A DNA stretch of 64,000 bases from the human T2T-CHM13v2.0 reference genome, Homo sapiens. Positions 13,000 to 26,437 of the stretch are shown piece after piece (position 1 is the first letter of the stretch; every line of letters starts with the position of its first letter). Where the stretch lies: the NCBI RefSeq assembly GCF_009914755.1, contig NC_060947.1; one strand, 5' to 3'. Made by a program: the position numbers and the translations under genes. The notes beneath the pieces were generated by a model that had not been told where the DNA came from, searched no databases, and saw only the letters and a list, made by a program, of their open reading frames with translations.

Positions 13000-13245
13000 A
13001 ATAATGGCCAACATTTAACATTTATTAAGGGCTTACTATGAGCCAGATACCATTCTAAGTATTTACATGTAATAACATATTCAATCCTCCCCAAATCTCT
13101 ATTAGGAAAGTACTTCTTATCCATATTTTGTAATTGAGCAAATTTACATTCAGGAATTTTACCTATTGAATGGTAAAGCTGGTATTCCAATTCAGGAAAC
13201 CTGACATCAAAGATAAAGCTCTTAACTTTGAGTGCTTTCATACAC
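13000..13245 (-). mobile_element. MIR
   Basis: ACATTTATTAAGGGCTTACTATGAGCCAGATAC...TTCTAAGTATTTACATG, antisense MIR 3' end. Confidence 0.7.
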
Positions 13246-13382
13246 ACTTAAAGCTGCCATCCCACCTCTGGCTTCCCAGAGTCTCCCAGAGTGGTATTTC
13301 ACCACAGCCTACACCCTGATAGGTAATCCTTATACAACACAGAAAATAGGCTACACAAAATGCATCTGTTCATGAACTTGTT

Positions 13383-13584
13383 TTCCATCCCACTATCTCA
13401 ATAGGGAAATAAGTAGATTGTTTGATTGGAAATACATGCTCCTTCACCCTAAGCAAACAAATGGGCAGCATAATCATTCTTCCTTCCATCCCACTCTCTC
13501 AATGGGCAAATAAATAGATTGTTTGATTAGAAATACATGCTCCTTCACCCTAAGCAAATGAATGGGCAGCATAATCATTCTTCC
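13383..13584 (+). repeat. 101-bp direct tandem duplication (2 copies, about 93% identical)
   Basis: 13383-13483 and 13484-13584 align without gaps with 7 mismatches. Confidence 0.95.
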
Positions 13585-13914
13585 AGCACCAGTGTAAGGT
13601 ACTTAGTCTGGCTCATAGATAAAAAAAAGTGCTATGTCCCACAGCTGGATATGATCCCCATGACTGCGTATTAGTAGGACATTCATTTTAAGTTGGTTCT
13701 TTAGCATAGAGATGGCTGTTACCAAGTCATCCACATTCTCTACTCTAGTCCAAGGCTCGGTCTCACAAAGAAGTAAGCCACAAAGGGTAAATAAGTCTTG
13801 AAGACAAATTTTAACCAGTTCTTAAATTGTTTCTTCTATTTATCTTGCTTCATATCATTTTATATTGCACACCTGAGGATCTAATCATTTTTCATTTTCT
13901 GTTTCATACAGACA

Positions 13915-14080
13915 GAACTAACTTAGAATCCCAGCCCTACCATTTCTAGCTCCATAGGTGACCTTGGGAAAGTTACTTCACCTTTCTGTGACTCAGTTTT
14001 CTCAGCTTTAAAATGGATACACAGATCTCTCTTCACAGGGGTCTTAGTAAGAAAAAAAATAGCATATATGTAAAAATGTT
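13915..14080 (+). mobile_element. MIR
   Basis: GTGACCTTGGGAAAGTTACTTCACCTTTCTGTGACTCAGTTTTCTCAGCTTTAAAATGG core. Confidence 0.8.
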
Positions 14081-14424
14081 GGGCAAAAAAGACGCAAAAT
14101 AATATATTAACACTTTGTTTAAATTGTGTAAATTCTCAGAAGGGCAAAGAATTGAAAAAGACATGACACTAAAATAATTTCATAAATCCAAGAAGACAGT
14201 AGTTTTGGTGGATTACAGTTTCCAATTGTCTGTCTATCCCCCTTTGCTGTTCAATATTAATAATCTCTATAGCTTATAATTTTCTTGGCATTCGAAAAAG
14301 ACTGGAGCTCAACCAATCTGCAAGTACATTATCCAGTAACTACACAGGCAATTTCAGCCGGCATAAATTCATTTCCTAGGATCCACCATTTTAACGAATG
14401 CCTAAACTAGAAACTCAGGCTTCT

Positions 14425-14723
14425 GGCTGGTGGAGGTGGTTCATGCCTGTAATCCCAGCACTTTGGGAGTTGGAGGACAGCCTGGGCAACATGGCAAAAC
14501 CCCATCTCTACAAAAAATACAAAATTATCAGGGCACAGTGGTGCATACCTGTAGTCCCAGCTACAGGGGAGGCTGAGGTAGGAGAATGACTTGACCCTGG
14601 GAGGTGGAGGTTTGCAGTGAGCCGAGATGGCACTGCTGCACCCCAGCCAAGGCCACAGAGCCAGACCCTGTCTCAAACCACCACCACCACCAGCACCACC
14701 ACCACCACAACCACAACAACACC
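14425..14723 (+). mobile_element. AluJ with a left-arm deletion and a (CCA)n/(CAA)n tail
   Basis: Alu dimer; TSD CTCAGGCTTCT at 14414-14424 and 14724-14734. Confidence 0.9.
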
Positions 14724-16383
14724 CTCAGGCTTCTTTAAGAACAGTGTCTAAGGCTAATTCTTGGCCCAAATTTTCAAAGAGTAGGTTCAAATGCCAATTA
14801 TAGTAGACCATAGGGAATCATTAGTGGTTCATTTAGCTGCTCCAGACTGCCTCAAAACATATTATTAGTCCTTCTCTCATCCAAGGACATTCAGGAATAA
14901 CAGTCTAGATCAGCATATGGAAGTGTGCTTTCAAAAAAAAAAAGGAATATTCAAAACGAGAAATTACAGAAGGAAATTGAATCCACCAGACAAATTCTCA
15001 GCAAGAAATTAACATATGCCATGTTTGCAAAAAGAATAAAACAACCCACTCCCCCAAATATCCATATTTTAAATTAAGCCTTTATTAAATATTGAGATCA
15101 GTTGAGTTCCCATCAATATTACACATGTCCTGCATTATTGCAATCATACATATTTCATTAACTACATACCCATAGCTTTCTAATAACATTTCCATTTGGA
15201 CTTCCTGTCATTTGGGTTTCTATTAGCATATAGGCACTTGGAGTCTATGAGGAAGGGAAGGAAAAACATAATAACCAAAATGTGCTTTCGTTCTCCCCGT
15301 CAGCAGGAACTTCAGCTTGAGATATATAATTGAAAAGCAATGCCTGCCTGAAATACTGCATTAGACAAGAAAAACTGCAGTGGCAGATTTAGAACAGAGA
15401 AAAGAAAGCATAACATATTGCTTATCACAGGTAATTATAGGTTTTCAATACTTTTTCATCCATTAGTTATCATTTCACCAAATTTCCTGTCTTTGCTTGC
15501 ATAGAAGAGTTCTGACATTTGCTTCTGCAAAATGTTCATTATCTGGTAGAATGTTGAAATCTAGAGCACAGACACAGTAAGAGGCACAGACAGGCAGCTG
15601 TCATGTTACAAACCAATGGCTCACAGTGTTCTGTTGTTTACTTGCTTAATTTCTGACACTTGCCTCTCAAGCCATCTCTTCGATTTGAACGGACGCTGCA
15701 TGCACTTAACCTTCACCTCTATTTTTTTCTCAACCATTTTTCAGGTCATGCTTGTCTTAACTTGACCAAGTAGAGCAGGGCAGGGTCGCTGTGAAATGTC
15801 AATGCCAAAATAGATTTGCAAAAACAAAACCAGAGATAGGATGGGATTTGTTTGCTTGGAGAGCATGGGCAGGCTGTCACAATCTGGCCTTTGAGCTAAA
15901 GATAATTGGGAGCAGAGGCAGGATCACATGTAGGGTCACCCCCAGCAGGAGATGACAGATCCAAGTGGACGAATGTGAGAGTCATCATCTATGGGCAAAA
16001 CTGAGGCCAAAGCTATCAAAGGCCTGACAACAAGAGTGTATACAGGCAAATCCTTTTGAGCCACATTTCCTTGCTATCAGGCACCTTTTGAAGGCACAGG
16101 ACCCCAATCCCTTAAATATACTTCTATCAGTATGAAAAACACAAATCTCTGTGTACATTAAACTCCTCTTATGCCTCACAAGGACAGTTTCTTGGTGGTT
16201 TGAATCACAGTCACAATAAAGAAAAGTAGGAGCAATCAATGCAAATTTTGAGCAGATGAAGTTGGCTTACAGTATCCTGTATGTACTTTGCCTCCTCTCC
16301 CCTGTAGGTACTCCTTGCTCAAGGGCCCTGATGCCCCAACCATGCATGAATGCTTAGAAATTGTCTAAATGTTATGCTAAAAT

Positions 16384-16701
16384 ACAAGTCCACAATCCTT
16401 TATATGCAATTCCAAAATACAAAGGGATCTGAAATGGAAAGATTTTTATAACTCATTTGGTATCAAAATTTGATAATGCAAAATTGTGAGGTTATTTATG
16501 GTCTTTATTTATCTGGCTTAGAGTGAACATTTATATGTTTTACTGCAAAAATATTATTGTGTTTGATTATGAAGCACTGCCCCACGTTCCACTGAGGATA
16601 AGATCTACAGTACACATATTTGATTACCTTACTAAAATCTGAAAAAATCTGAATTCCAAAACACAATTGGCTCCAAGGACCAGATAAGGGATGTGGACCT
16701 A
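16384..16701 (-). mobile_element. MER46C (TcMar-Tigger) DNA transposon
   Basis: Termini CAAGTCCACAATCC...GATAAGGGATGTGGACCT; AAAATCTGAAAAAATCTGAATTCC internal. Confidence 0.75.
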
Positions 16702-16707
16702 TGTTAA

Positions 16708-16929
<222 letters not shown>

Positions 16930-17753
16930 TAGTGCATACATTATTTTTATAATTATAAAAATATCTTAATAAAATAATTACCTATTAATCACAGATATGC
17001 CAAGACATCTACCTACCCATATTCTTTTAACAGTTAATTCATTACATACACCTGAAAGAAATAAAACTTAGTTCTCTAAAAATTATACGCTAAATCAGGC
17101 TTGTCACCAATGGCAACTGTCTTCTATTTTAATTATCCCAAATAAGAATGGGGTATTACATCTGAATTTTTCTCCCCCAGCCATTTATTTCCTTAAAGGA
17201 ATAAGTTGAAGCCAGCACACTTGTTTAGAGGGAATTCATGTATCTGATGGCACTGCTTTTCAAACTTTTCTGCCAAGGCAGAAGAGAATGAAGAGGACTT
17301 CCAGAGGCCAGAGGGTATAACTCGTGTTTGCAAGGTTCTCCCTTGTAGCATAGGTGCTCAATTAAGAGTCTGGTAGGAGTGAGTAAAAGAGTGAAAAAAA
17401 TGAATAAGCTAATAACTAATTTTCCTTGTAGAACATTATCTAAATACAATCTTGCTTATAATACTTTAAGGATCAAAGAATCTCCTTATGGGCAAACACA
17501 CCTTATTTACATGTCTCTCTGGGAGTTCATCAGTAACTCCCAGAAGCAGGAGTTTTCTCAGTGGTCAATCTTGCATTTCCCAAATGCCCTAGAACTTTTA
17601 AGGCAGAAGTGATGAGAAACATACCGGGAAGGGAACACCAGTGGTTTGAGTCTTTGTACATTTGTCCTTGCAGTCAAGTCATGCCTTGCAGATTAGAAAC
17701 CTGGAGGAGAATCACGGACCTGGGCCTGGCTCGCCTGAAAGGTGTAGGGGTAC

Positions 17754-17789
17754 GTGTGTGCGTGTGTGTGTATATGTGTGTGTGTGTGT
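17754..17789 (+). repeat. Interrupted (TG)n microsatellite
   Basis: Directly visible. Confidence 0.85.
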
Positions 17790-19315
17790 ACTTTGAATTT
17801 TCGTTTATACAAATTAGCTTGAAGCCAAAGACTCAAGACCTGAAAGAAACAGGCAAAACCTGAAAGTAGTTAGTCTCCATGCAAATAAAAATCAGAACTA
17901 AAACGAACATGATTTTTTCCTTCCAATATTTCTGGAATCCCAGTAGGTCTGTTGAAAATGGAGTAGGCCAGGTAAATTAGATTCTTTATTAACAAGGCTG
18001 GATTAAGGCAATCTGAAAGTGGGTTTAAGAAGCTGCTGCTTCTCCTAAATGGAAGGAAAAGCTTGCTTCTGCCCATTCTTCTTCAACTATGATGGAACAG
18101 AAATCAGATGCTTCTTGAGGGCCATAATGCTCAGCAAAGAAGTGTCTTTCAGTGAACCCTGACCACAAGCTGGAGGCCTGGACAATGCTCTGGGCAGCAT
18201 AATATTTCTCTGCTTGGAGGTGCTTCTCTTTATGTTCAGGGTCTAGCTTGTAACATAGACAGAGCTACCACTGTGAGGTTATCTGCAAAAGACCCTCCTG
18301 CCCATTGCTTCATTCAGTCATTCAAAGATATTTATTGAGAGCCTACCATTGGTCTAGGCTCTTGCCTGGTAGGTTCAAAGCTGAGTCCAATAAGAGAAGA
18401 ACACAGAAAAGAACCACTCACTTATTGTGATTTGATCTCAGAATATAACAGGAAGGAACTAAACTCTTCCATCCCCCCTCTACCCCTGACCTCACCTCCA
18501 ACTAGCATATGACTCAATGTCTGATGGTAATACTTCATCTCATTAGCTAAAAGTCAGGTTTCCTGCTGCAGTGCACTTAGCTGCATCAGTCATTTCCCCC
18601 TCATGTTGCAGCGGTTCCCCATCATTCCAAAAGCAAGATTTGACAGGGGTGGAATGGAAGAAATCTGAAGAGGTTTGGGAACCTCTCTGGGAATGCAAGG
18701 GAGTGGGAAAAAGAGGAAAGGCTGGCCCATCAAGGGAAAGAAAGGAATGAAGCCTGCCGGCGGGAGTAAAGAACACCAAGAACAAACTGCTAGCTTTAAC
18801 AATTTTGCCAATGATTGACTTGACAATAGAGTCCAGAGCCAGGAAATAGGTTGGGGCAGCAAGGCACCCGAGCAAGGAAGGGGTATCTACAGGGGAGATA
18901 AGACAGGAAAGCACATGGAGGATACTGCAAGTCAAGTTCATCTGCTCAAAATTTATGTCGTTGCCCCTAATTTTCTTTACAGTAACTGTAATTCAGACCA
19001 CCAAGAAACCGCCCTTGCCAAGATCTCTTTTCTAGTCTGAAGACCACTTGGGACTGCAGGAAGGCACATGGGGTATGGTGCTTGCCCTTTAATGAAATTA
19101 AGGCCACAAATAATATCTATTAAAAGATTCCTGCATAGAATTACTATAAGATGTAAAGGGTCACTTATGGTCATAAATTTGTGTCATTATATAAGAGATT
19201 AATTCACATTTGGAGCTTGATGTTGATGGATCATACTTTCTCTAGGATTAATCCATATTTGGAGTGTAACGTTGATGGATATCTCTCTTGCTGTCTCTCT
19301 CATGTGTGCACATGT

Positions 19316-19337
19316 GCACACACACACACACACACAC
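19316..19337 (+). repeat. (CA)n microsatellite
   Basis: Directly visible. Confidence 0.9.
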
Positions 19338-19498
19338 CATACATTTCTCACTGTCATTCTCATAAAATATACCTAAAAACACCATGTGCCTATCCAAACT
19401 GCATCTTGCATCTGGAAGCATCCAAAACATCTTTTGAAAAATAATTAGAAAATTATCTCCACCAAAGGCCAATTATTTTAAAATCAAGAAAAACTCTA

Positions 19499-19800
<302 letters not shown>

Positions 19801-21109
19801 AAGAAAAACTCTACACCCCAACTTTTGCTTGCAGCCTGACCCTGGGCACAAACTCAGTATCTAATTTTAATTAGTCATCTTACAAGTGTGTAATAAAACT
19901 TATAAGAGGATATCAGTGTCAGTGTGGATAACATAGAACAAACACATCCCCAGTGATGAAAAATCCCTGGAAAGCTCTCCGCCATCCCAGAAGGTCATAT
20001 TCACATTACAGTGGATAGCACACTTTGCTTTTTTTCAGTGAGAGAAACACAACTGTCAGGCCAGTTTTAGAGCATGCCAGTGACTTCAATGAGCGCCTCC
20101 CCCATAGAAGATGCTCATTGCACACTTTCCATGCCCCTCAGCCACAGCAAGAAGTTTTAAAGCAAAATCCAACAAGTTCAATCATTTTCAGTTTCATAAA
20201 GGCAGAAAAATACTCAGCTACATTCGTCTTTGTGGGATAGTACCTTTAGAGTATGCTTAAGGTGTCTTTTTTTTTTTTTTTTTTACAGAATCCTGTTTGC
20301 ATCTGATCTGCTCACTGCAATATAACACGTGCATAAAACAGTGCAACCGTATTTGTTTTAATAAGGCCATTCTGAGCAGCTGTTTAATGATCCATGATGT
20401 TAAATGAAAACTACAGGTGTTCCAAATGCAAACCTTATGGCCCAGGGCCCCCCTTATTACCGTTCTACAATTAGCAGCCAACTGCTCTTAGGCTGTGCAA
20501 AGAATTACCACCATCATCATTACATTATTTCTTAATTTCATTCTCTGCCTAAGTGTCTTCCCCCAAAGGAAAAACCTGCTTGGCATGGGAAAGCATAAGA
20601 GTGAAAAAATGAAAAGGGAAGGAGAACACAAAACACTCCCTGTCCAACCACAAGGAGGCCTCAGTGAAGGGGGAAAGAGCCAGCCAAAAGGCTCAGCCCC
20701 CTAAGGAATCTTCCAGAGTGACTTTCTGGCCAAACTTAACAAAGTCTTGCTGAAACTATTGGTGTTCATAAGGATTGCATTAACCCTTTCTTCTTCATGA
20801 TTCCCTAAGCTTAATACTGTGCTAAGCCAAATTGCCAGAAAGCTGCATAGCTGGATTCCATCGCTCTGTCTTGTAGAGGGCTAATTTTATGCAAGTATAA
20901 TTTTAACATCACAACAGTTTTCACTTAAGGTACATATAATAAACTGCAAAGAAGGAAGTCTTCTGTATCACTTGTGAAATTGCTGTCTGTATCATTATCC
21001 ATTACATACCTCAATACCTCTTACATAAAAATGCCAGAGACAAATTTAATTAGAGCTCGGGAACAAGTTTATCTTTCCATGTCAATGGGTACACTTTTTT
21101 CTGCAAAAC

Positions 21110-21320
21110 TAGTAATTCTCAATTCTGGCTGCATATTAGAATCACCTAATAGTAAACACATTTATTTGCATCCCAGCTCCTTCCCAGACCATTTAAATTC
21201 AAATTTCTAGGAGTGGGCACTGGGCAGGACCATCGAGTTGCAGTTCCAGGGGTCACCATTCACAATGTGCTTGGCCAAATTACAGTATTATACTCTGCTG
21301 CCAAAATTGAGAACCACTGC
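21110..21320. mobile_element. MER5A-like MITE, possibly carrying a small nested hAT fragment
   Basis: TAGTAATTCTCAA...GCTGCATATTAGAATCACCT...TTGAGAACCACTG. Confidence 0.65.
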
Positions 21321-21632
21321 CCCAGAAAATGAGAGTTTTATAACTCACTGATTTTGCTTCTTCATTTTGGTTACTAAGAAGCTCAAAACTAATTATACTG
21401 AATTGCAGTTTTCCTCTGCCAAAATTTCTCAATACAATTTTCCCTCTGCATCCCCTCATATTAATGCTTTTACCAGTACTTTCAGTGTAAGCTACCAAAT
21501 ATTCTTTTTGTAGGTAAAGTAAAATAAAACAATAAATAAAATAAAGATCTATTGGGAGGCACAAGTAGATCTATATACAAATTTATATACAAATCTCCCA
21601 TAATCACCCCAAACGTAAGATGGCCAAAGATG

Positions 21633-22036
<404 letters not shown>

Positions 22037-22159
22037 TCATCCTTGACTCTTTTACTTCTCTTTGATCCCACAGCTTGCAAATATCAGTGTCTTGTTAATT
22101 CTGTCTTGAAAATACATATAAACTCTAACTACTTCTCACCACTTCCACTGCTACCAGTT

Positions 22160-22550
22160 ATTGGTAGGCTCAAACAATCCCAGAATCTCTGGGTTTCCCA
22201 GAAATAAATATTTATTTCTTGCTCAAGCTCCATGAAGGCTGCAGCTCAACTGAACTCTGCTGGACTATCCTGGGACAACTTAGCTCCACATGTCTGCTAA
22301 GGACCTAGGCTGAAAACCATGCTATTCTTATGGTGGAGAGCAGAAACTCAGGGTTGGCAGAGCCAAACCACTACAAGTGAATTTGAAGCTCTGCTTAGAA
22401 AGGATATAGGTTACAACTTCTCACATGTTATTGGCCAAATTAAGTCACATGGTCAAGCACAAAGTTAATGGGGAAAGACAATATACTCAGCCTACAGAAT
22501 ATCTTGGCAAGGGAGAAACAAATAATTTTGAACAAATATGCAATTACCAT
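22160..22550 (-). mobile_element. MLT1 (I/J-like) MaLR LTR
   Basis: ATTTATTTCTTGCTCA...TTGGCCAAATTAAGTCACATGGTCAAGC...AATTACCA. Confidence 0.65.
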
Positions 22551-22621
22551 AGCGTTCTAACCACTATCAGTTTCTACCCTTGTTCTTTTTATTCTTTTAT
22601 CAACACAGCACCCAGATGATT

Positions 22622-23039
22622 TGTATTAGTCCATTCTTGCATTGTTATAAAGAAATACCTAAGACTGGGTAATTTATAAGAAAAGACATTTAATTGGCTC
22701 ATGGGCTCATGGTTCTGTAGGGTGTACAGGAAGCATAGCACTGGCATCTGCTTCTGGGGAGGTCTTAGGAAGCTTTTATTCATGGTGTGAGGTGAAACGG
22801 GGGCAGGCACATCACATGGCTAGAGCAGGAGCAAGAGAAAGAGAGTGGGGGCGTGGGGAGGGAGGTGTCACACTTTACAACAAACAGATCTCGTGAGAAT
22901 TCCTCATTGAAAAGACAGTCCCAAGCCATGAGGGATCTGCCCCCATGACCCAAACACCTCCCACTAGGCCCCACCTCCAGCATTGGGGATTACAATTCAA
23001 CATGGGATTTAGGCAGGAACAAATATCCAAACTATATCA
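22622..23039 (-). mobile_element. MSTB MaLR solo LTR
   Basis: TGTATTAGTCC...ACAAATATCCAAACTATATCA termini; 5-bp TSD TGATT/GGATT. Confidence 0.88.
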
Positions 23040-25410
23040 GGATTCTTATTAAAATTCATAACTGATCATGTAACTCCCTTGTTTAAAACCTCCCATCACA
23101 TTTGGAATGAAATATAAATACTTTTTGTATGTTTAAAATTCCCTTCATGATCTGATCCCTGGCTACATCTATAGTTTCCTTTTCCCAAAATCCATTCTAG
23201 TCACATCCATCCTCAAACATACCTTGTCCCTCAGGGCCTTTTCACAAGCTATCTCCTTTCCCTGGAATGTTCTTCCCCTTAGTCTTTGCAGCAGGTCTCC
23301 TTCTTCTTATTCAAAACTAAATTTAAGTGTCACTTCCTTAGAGAAATCTTCCCTGATCACCTAATCTAAGGTTGTTCTATCATATAACCCTACTTAAATT
23401 CCCTGCATACCATGTATCCCAATAAGAAATTATCTCTATTATTTTGCTTACCTACTATGGGTCTCTTTCTATTGGAATTTAAGCTCTATGAGGGCAGACA
23501 CCTTGTCTGTTTCATTCGCTGTTGCATCTATAGTACTAGAACAGCTTCTGAAAAAATAGCAAGGTATTCAATAAATGACTGAATACCTTGAATGACTCAA
23601 TTGCCCCCAAGTTAATGCTTATTTATGATTGTAAATCTTTAAGTAAATAAAACAACAGATTTTTTAAAGCATAGGACAAAAGATTGGACTAGCTAACCTT
23701 TAAACTCTTATCAAATCTTAAGATTCTATGGTTTTCTAGCCAAGTCCCTACATTTGTACAGCTTTTTCCGGTTGCAAAGACAGTCACAATTATTATCACT
23801 TTTGATCTTTTCAAGAACTCTCTGGAGTTCCCAGGGCAAGATATTAATATAGATGAGGAAACTGCTTTATACTTTAGGTCAGGATAAGGCACATGCAAAT
23901 GGAGAGAAATGCCTTTGACAACTCACCCTTTAGCACACAGAGATGTATGCATGGCTGTTGGGGTTGGACTTCCATATCCTATACCCTTTCACTCAGCTGG
24001 GTCTATCAGAGAAACCCCTGTTACCGGAATGTGACCTTTTCCCAAAGCAGTTTCCTTGTAAAAGGAAACCATCTTCAGAAATAAGTGAGGTAAGATTCTC
24101 TGGCTAGCATAATGCATTGGAACAAGCCCAAACCGTGATGAGTGGTATGTCTGACTATTTCCATGTCTACAAGTGAGCAGGGAGAAAAACAGATGGGCCA
24201 ATTTTGCCCTCTTACAAAAAATTAAAAAAAAAACCCAACAGTGTTTTCTATATGGTCTCCAATATGAATTTCTGTTTGGGGACTGAACAGCCAAAGAAAT
24301 CATTTCAGGAAGACAACAATAAACTCAGTTATAAGCAAGCAGCATGCTTTTTGATTGATAGCATTCATTAAAGTGTGGACCAACAAATGAGCCAGACTTC
24401 TGCAGTTTATAACTGTCCTTGGATAAAACTTCAGGTAGAGACTGAACCTGTTGAAGCATGCCCAAATCTTCCACCTCCCATCTGTCAGTGCTAGGAGGTC
24501 TTCCCAGAGGGTCTTGTCCCTGTTGGTTCTACTAACAGAGTTGGTGCTTGCCTCTGGTCCCTGAAGAACCCTGCTTCACTCTGGAGAAGAGTACCCTCCC
24601 TGGCCTTATCTGGTCTAACCACAAAGAGGGTTAAAAGAACAGAGGAAAAGAACCCTGCTCTATGAGAAAGCAAGACATCAGTGGGGTTCAGAAAACAATT
24701 TTAGTCTTTAAGTTTGGGAAACATCATGCTTGATGAAAAGTAAAGGGAAATTCAGATAATCACCATGTGACCCTATTTAGAAAATAGGGAATGCATAATG
24801 ATGGAGGACTTTAACAGTGCTTTATTTCACTCCTGGATCTCCCACTCCTCAACTACCACCACCCCCTTATGTAGATCCCTGTTTACTCCCTTAGTTCCAA
24901 ATGAAAATTCCCATTTTTGTTACATCAGCTAACATAACATGTTAAGGTATAGGTTTATAAGATAAGCATAACTGGAACAGAAAGTTGTGTGTGGGTGCAG
25001 GGGAACTGAAGTTTAGAGAATTAAAGAGGAGTCCAACCACACAAGATGTCTCACAAAAGGCTGAGAAGTTTGGACATTCGTTTAAGAGCAATTTCTAACT
25101 TGGCCAGGAGAAGTCGGTGGGCAGTGGTTAATATAACAAAGAAGGAACTATTTGTCAATCCTAGCTCTGTCATTACACATAGGTACAATAAAATATTTAG
25201 CGATAGGAATTTGAGCCATACCAGCAAGGCCTCATGACTTGTTGAAACCTCTTCACATGGACCCAGCCACTACCACACCCTGAAATCCCAATAACAAAAT
25301 AACGAGAATAACAATATTAGTCACTAACCTTTACTGAGCATTAATTATATCACAGGATTTTTCCAAGCATATCACACAAATTATTACTCCTCTAATTTAA
25401 GGCATTATAA

Positions 25411-26437
25411 GGGTTGGAGCCAAGATGGCCGAATAGGAACAGCTCCAGTCTACAGCTCCTAGCGTGAGTGACACAGAAGACCGGTGATTTCTGCATTTCC
25501 GACTGAGGTACCAGGTTCATCTCAATGGGGAGTGTCGGAAAGTGGGTGCAGAACAGTGGGTGCAGTGCACCGAGCGTGAGCCGAAACAGGGTGAGGCATC
25601 GCCTCACCCGGGAAGCACAAGAGGTCAAGGAATTCCCTTTCCTAGTCAAAGAAGGGGGTGACAGACAGCACCTGGAAAATTGGGTCACTCCCACCCTAAT
25701 ACTGCACTTTTCCAACGGTCTTAGCAAACAGCGCACCACGAGATTATATCCCGCGCCTGGCTTGGAGGGTCCTACGCCCACGGAGCCTCACTCATTGCTA
25801 GCACAGCAGTCTGAGATCAAACTGCAAGGTGGCAGTGAGGCTGGGGAAGGGGCGCCCACCATTGCTGAGGCTTGAGTAGGTAAACAAAGCAGCCAGGAAG
25901 CTTGAACTAGGTGGAGCCCACTGCAGCTCAGGGAGGCTTGCCTGCCTCTGTAGACTCCACCTCTGGGGGCAGGGCATAGCCAAACAAAAGGCAGGAGAAT
26001 CATCTGCAGACTTAAATGTCCCTATCTGACAGCTTTGAAGAGAGTAGTGGTTCTCCCAGCATGAAGCTGGAGATCTCAGAACAGACAGACTGCCTCCTCA
26101 AGTGGGTCCCTGACCCCCGAGTAGCCTAACTGGGAGGCATCCCCCAGTAGGGGCAGACTGACACCTCACATGGCCGGGTACTCCTCTGAGACAAAAGTTC
26201 CAGAGGAACGATCAGGCAGCAACATTTTCTGTTGACCAATATCTGCTGTTCTGCAGCCTCTGCTGCTGATACCCAGGCAAACAGGGTCTGGAGTGGACCT
26301 CCAGCAAACTCCAACAGACCTGCAGCTGAGGGTCCTGACTGTTAGAAGGAAAACTAACAAACAGAAAGGACATCTACACCAAAACCCCATCTGTACGTCA
26401 CCATCATCAAAGACCAAAGGTAGATAAAACCACAAAG
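25411..26437 (+). promoter_or_regulatory. L1 5' UTR internal sense/antisense promoter with YY1 site; retains the roughly 129-bp ZNF93-bound segment
   Basis: CAAGATGGCC at 25421-25430; 26185-26312 is the block missing from L1PA2/L1HS. Confidence 0.8.
25788..25862 (-). pseudogene. L1 ORF0, truncated at codon 25
   Basis: MVGAPSPASLPPCSLISDCCASNE* matches the ORF0 N-terminus; homology continues past the TGA (GSVGVGPSKPG). Confidence 0.8.

Noticed and set aside
18543-18941. 132-aa minus-strand ORF
   Set aside because: No recognisable homology; low-complexity purine/pyrimidine-skewed DNA readily gives open frames
20268-20420. Poly-T plus ACAG acceptor at 20288 as an exon start
   Set aside because: No good donor downstream (CAG|GTGTTC is weak); a poly-T tract alone is not sufficient evidence
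25788-26003. 71-aa minus-strand ORF with the same length as L1 ORF0
   Set aside because: The length is coincidental: it starts upstream of the true ORF0 ATG (25862) and ends at a premature stop, so ORF0 is truncated
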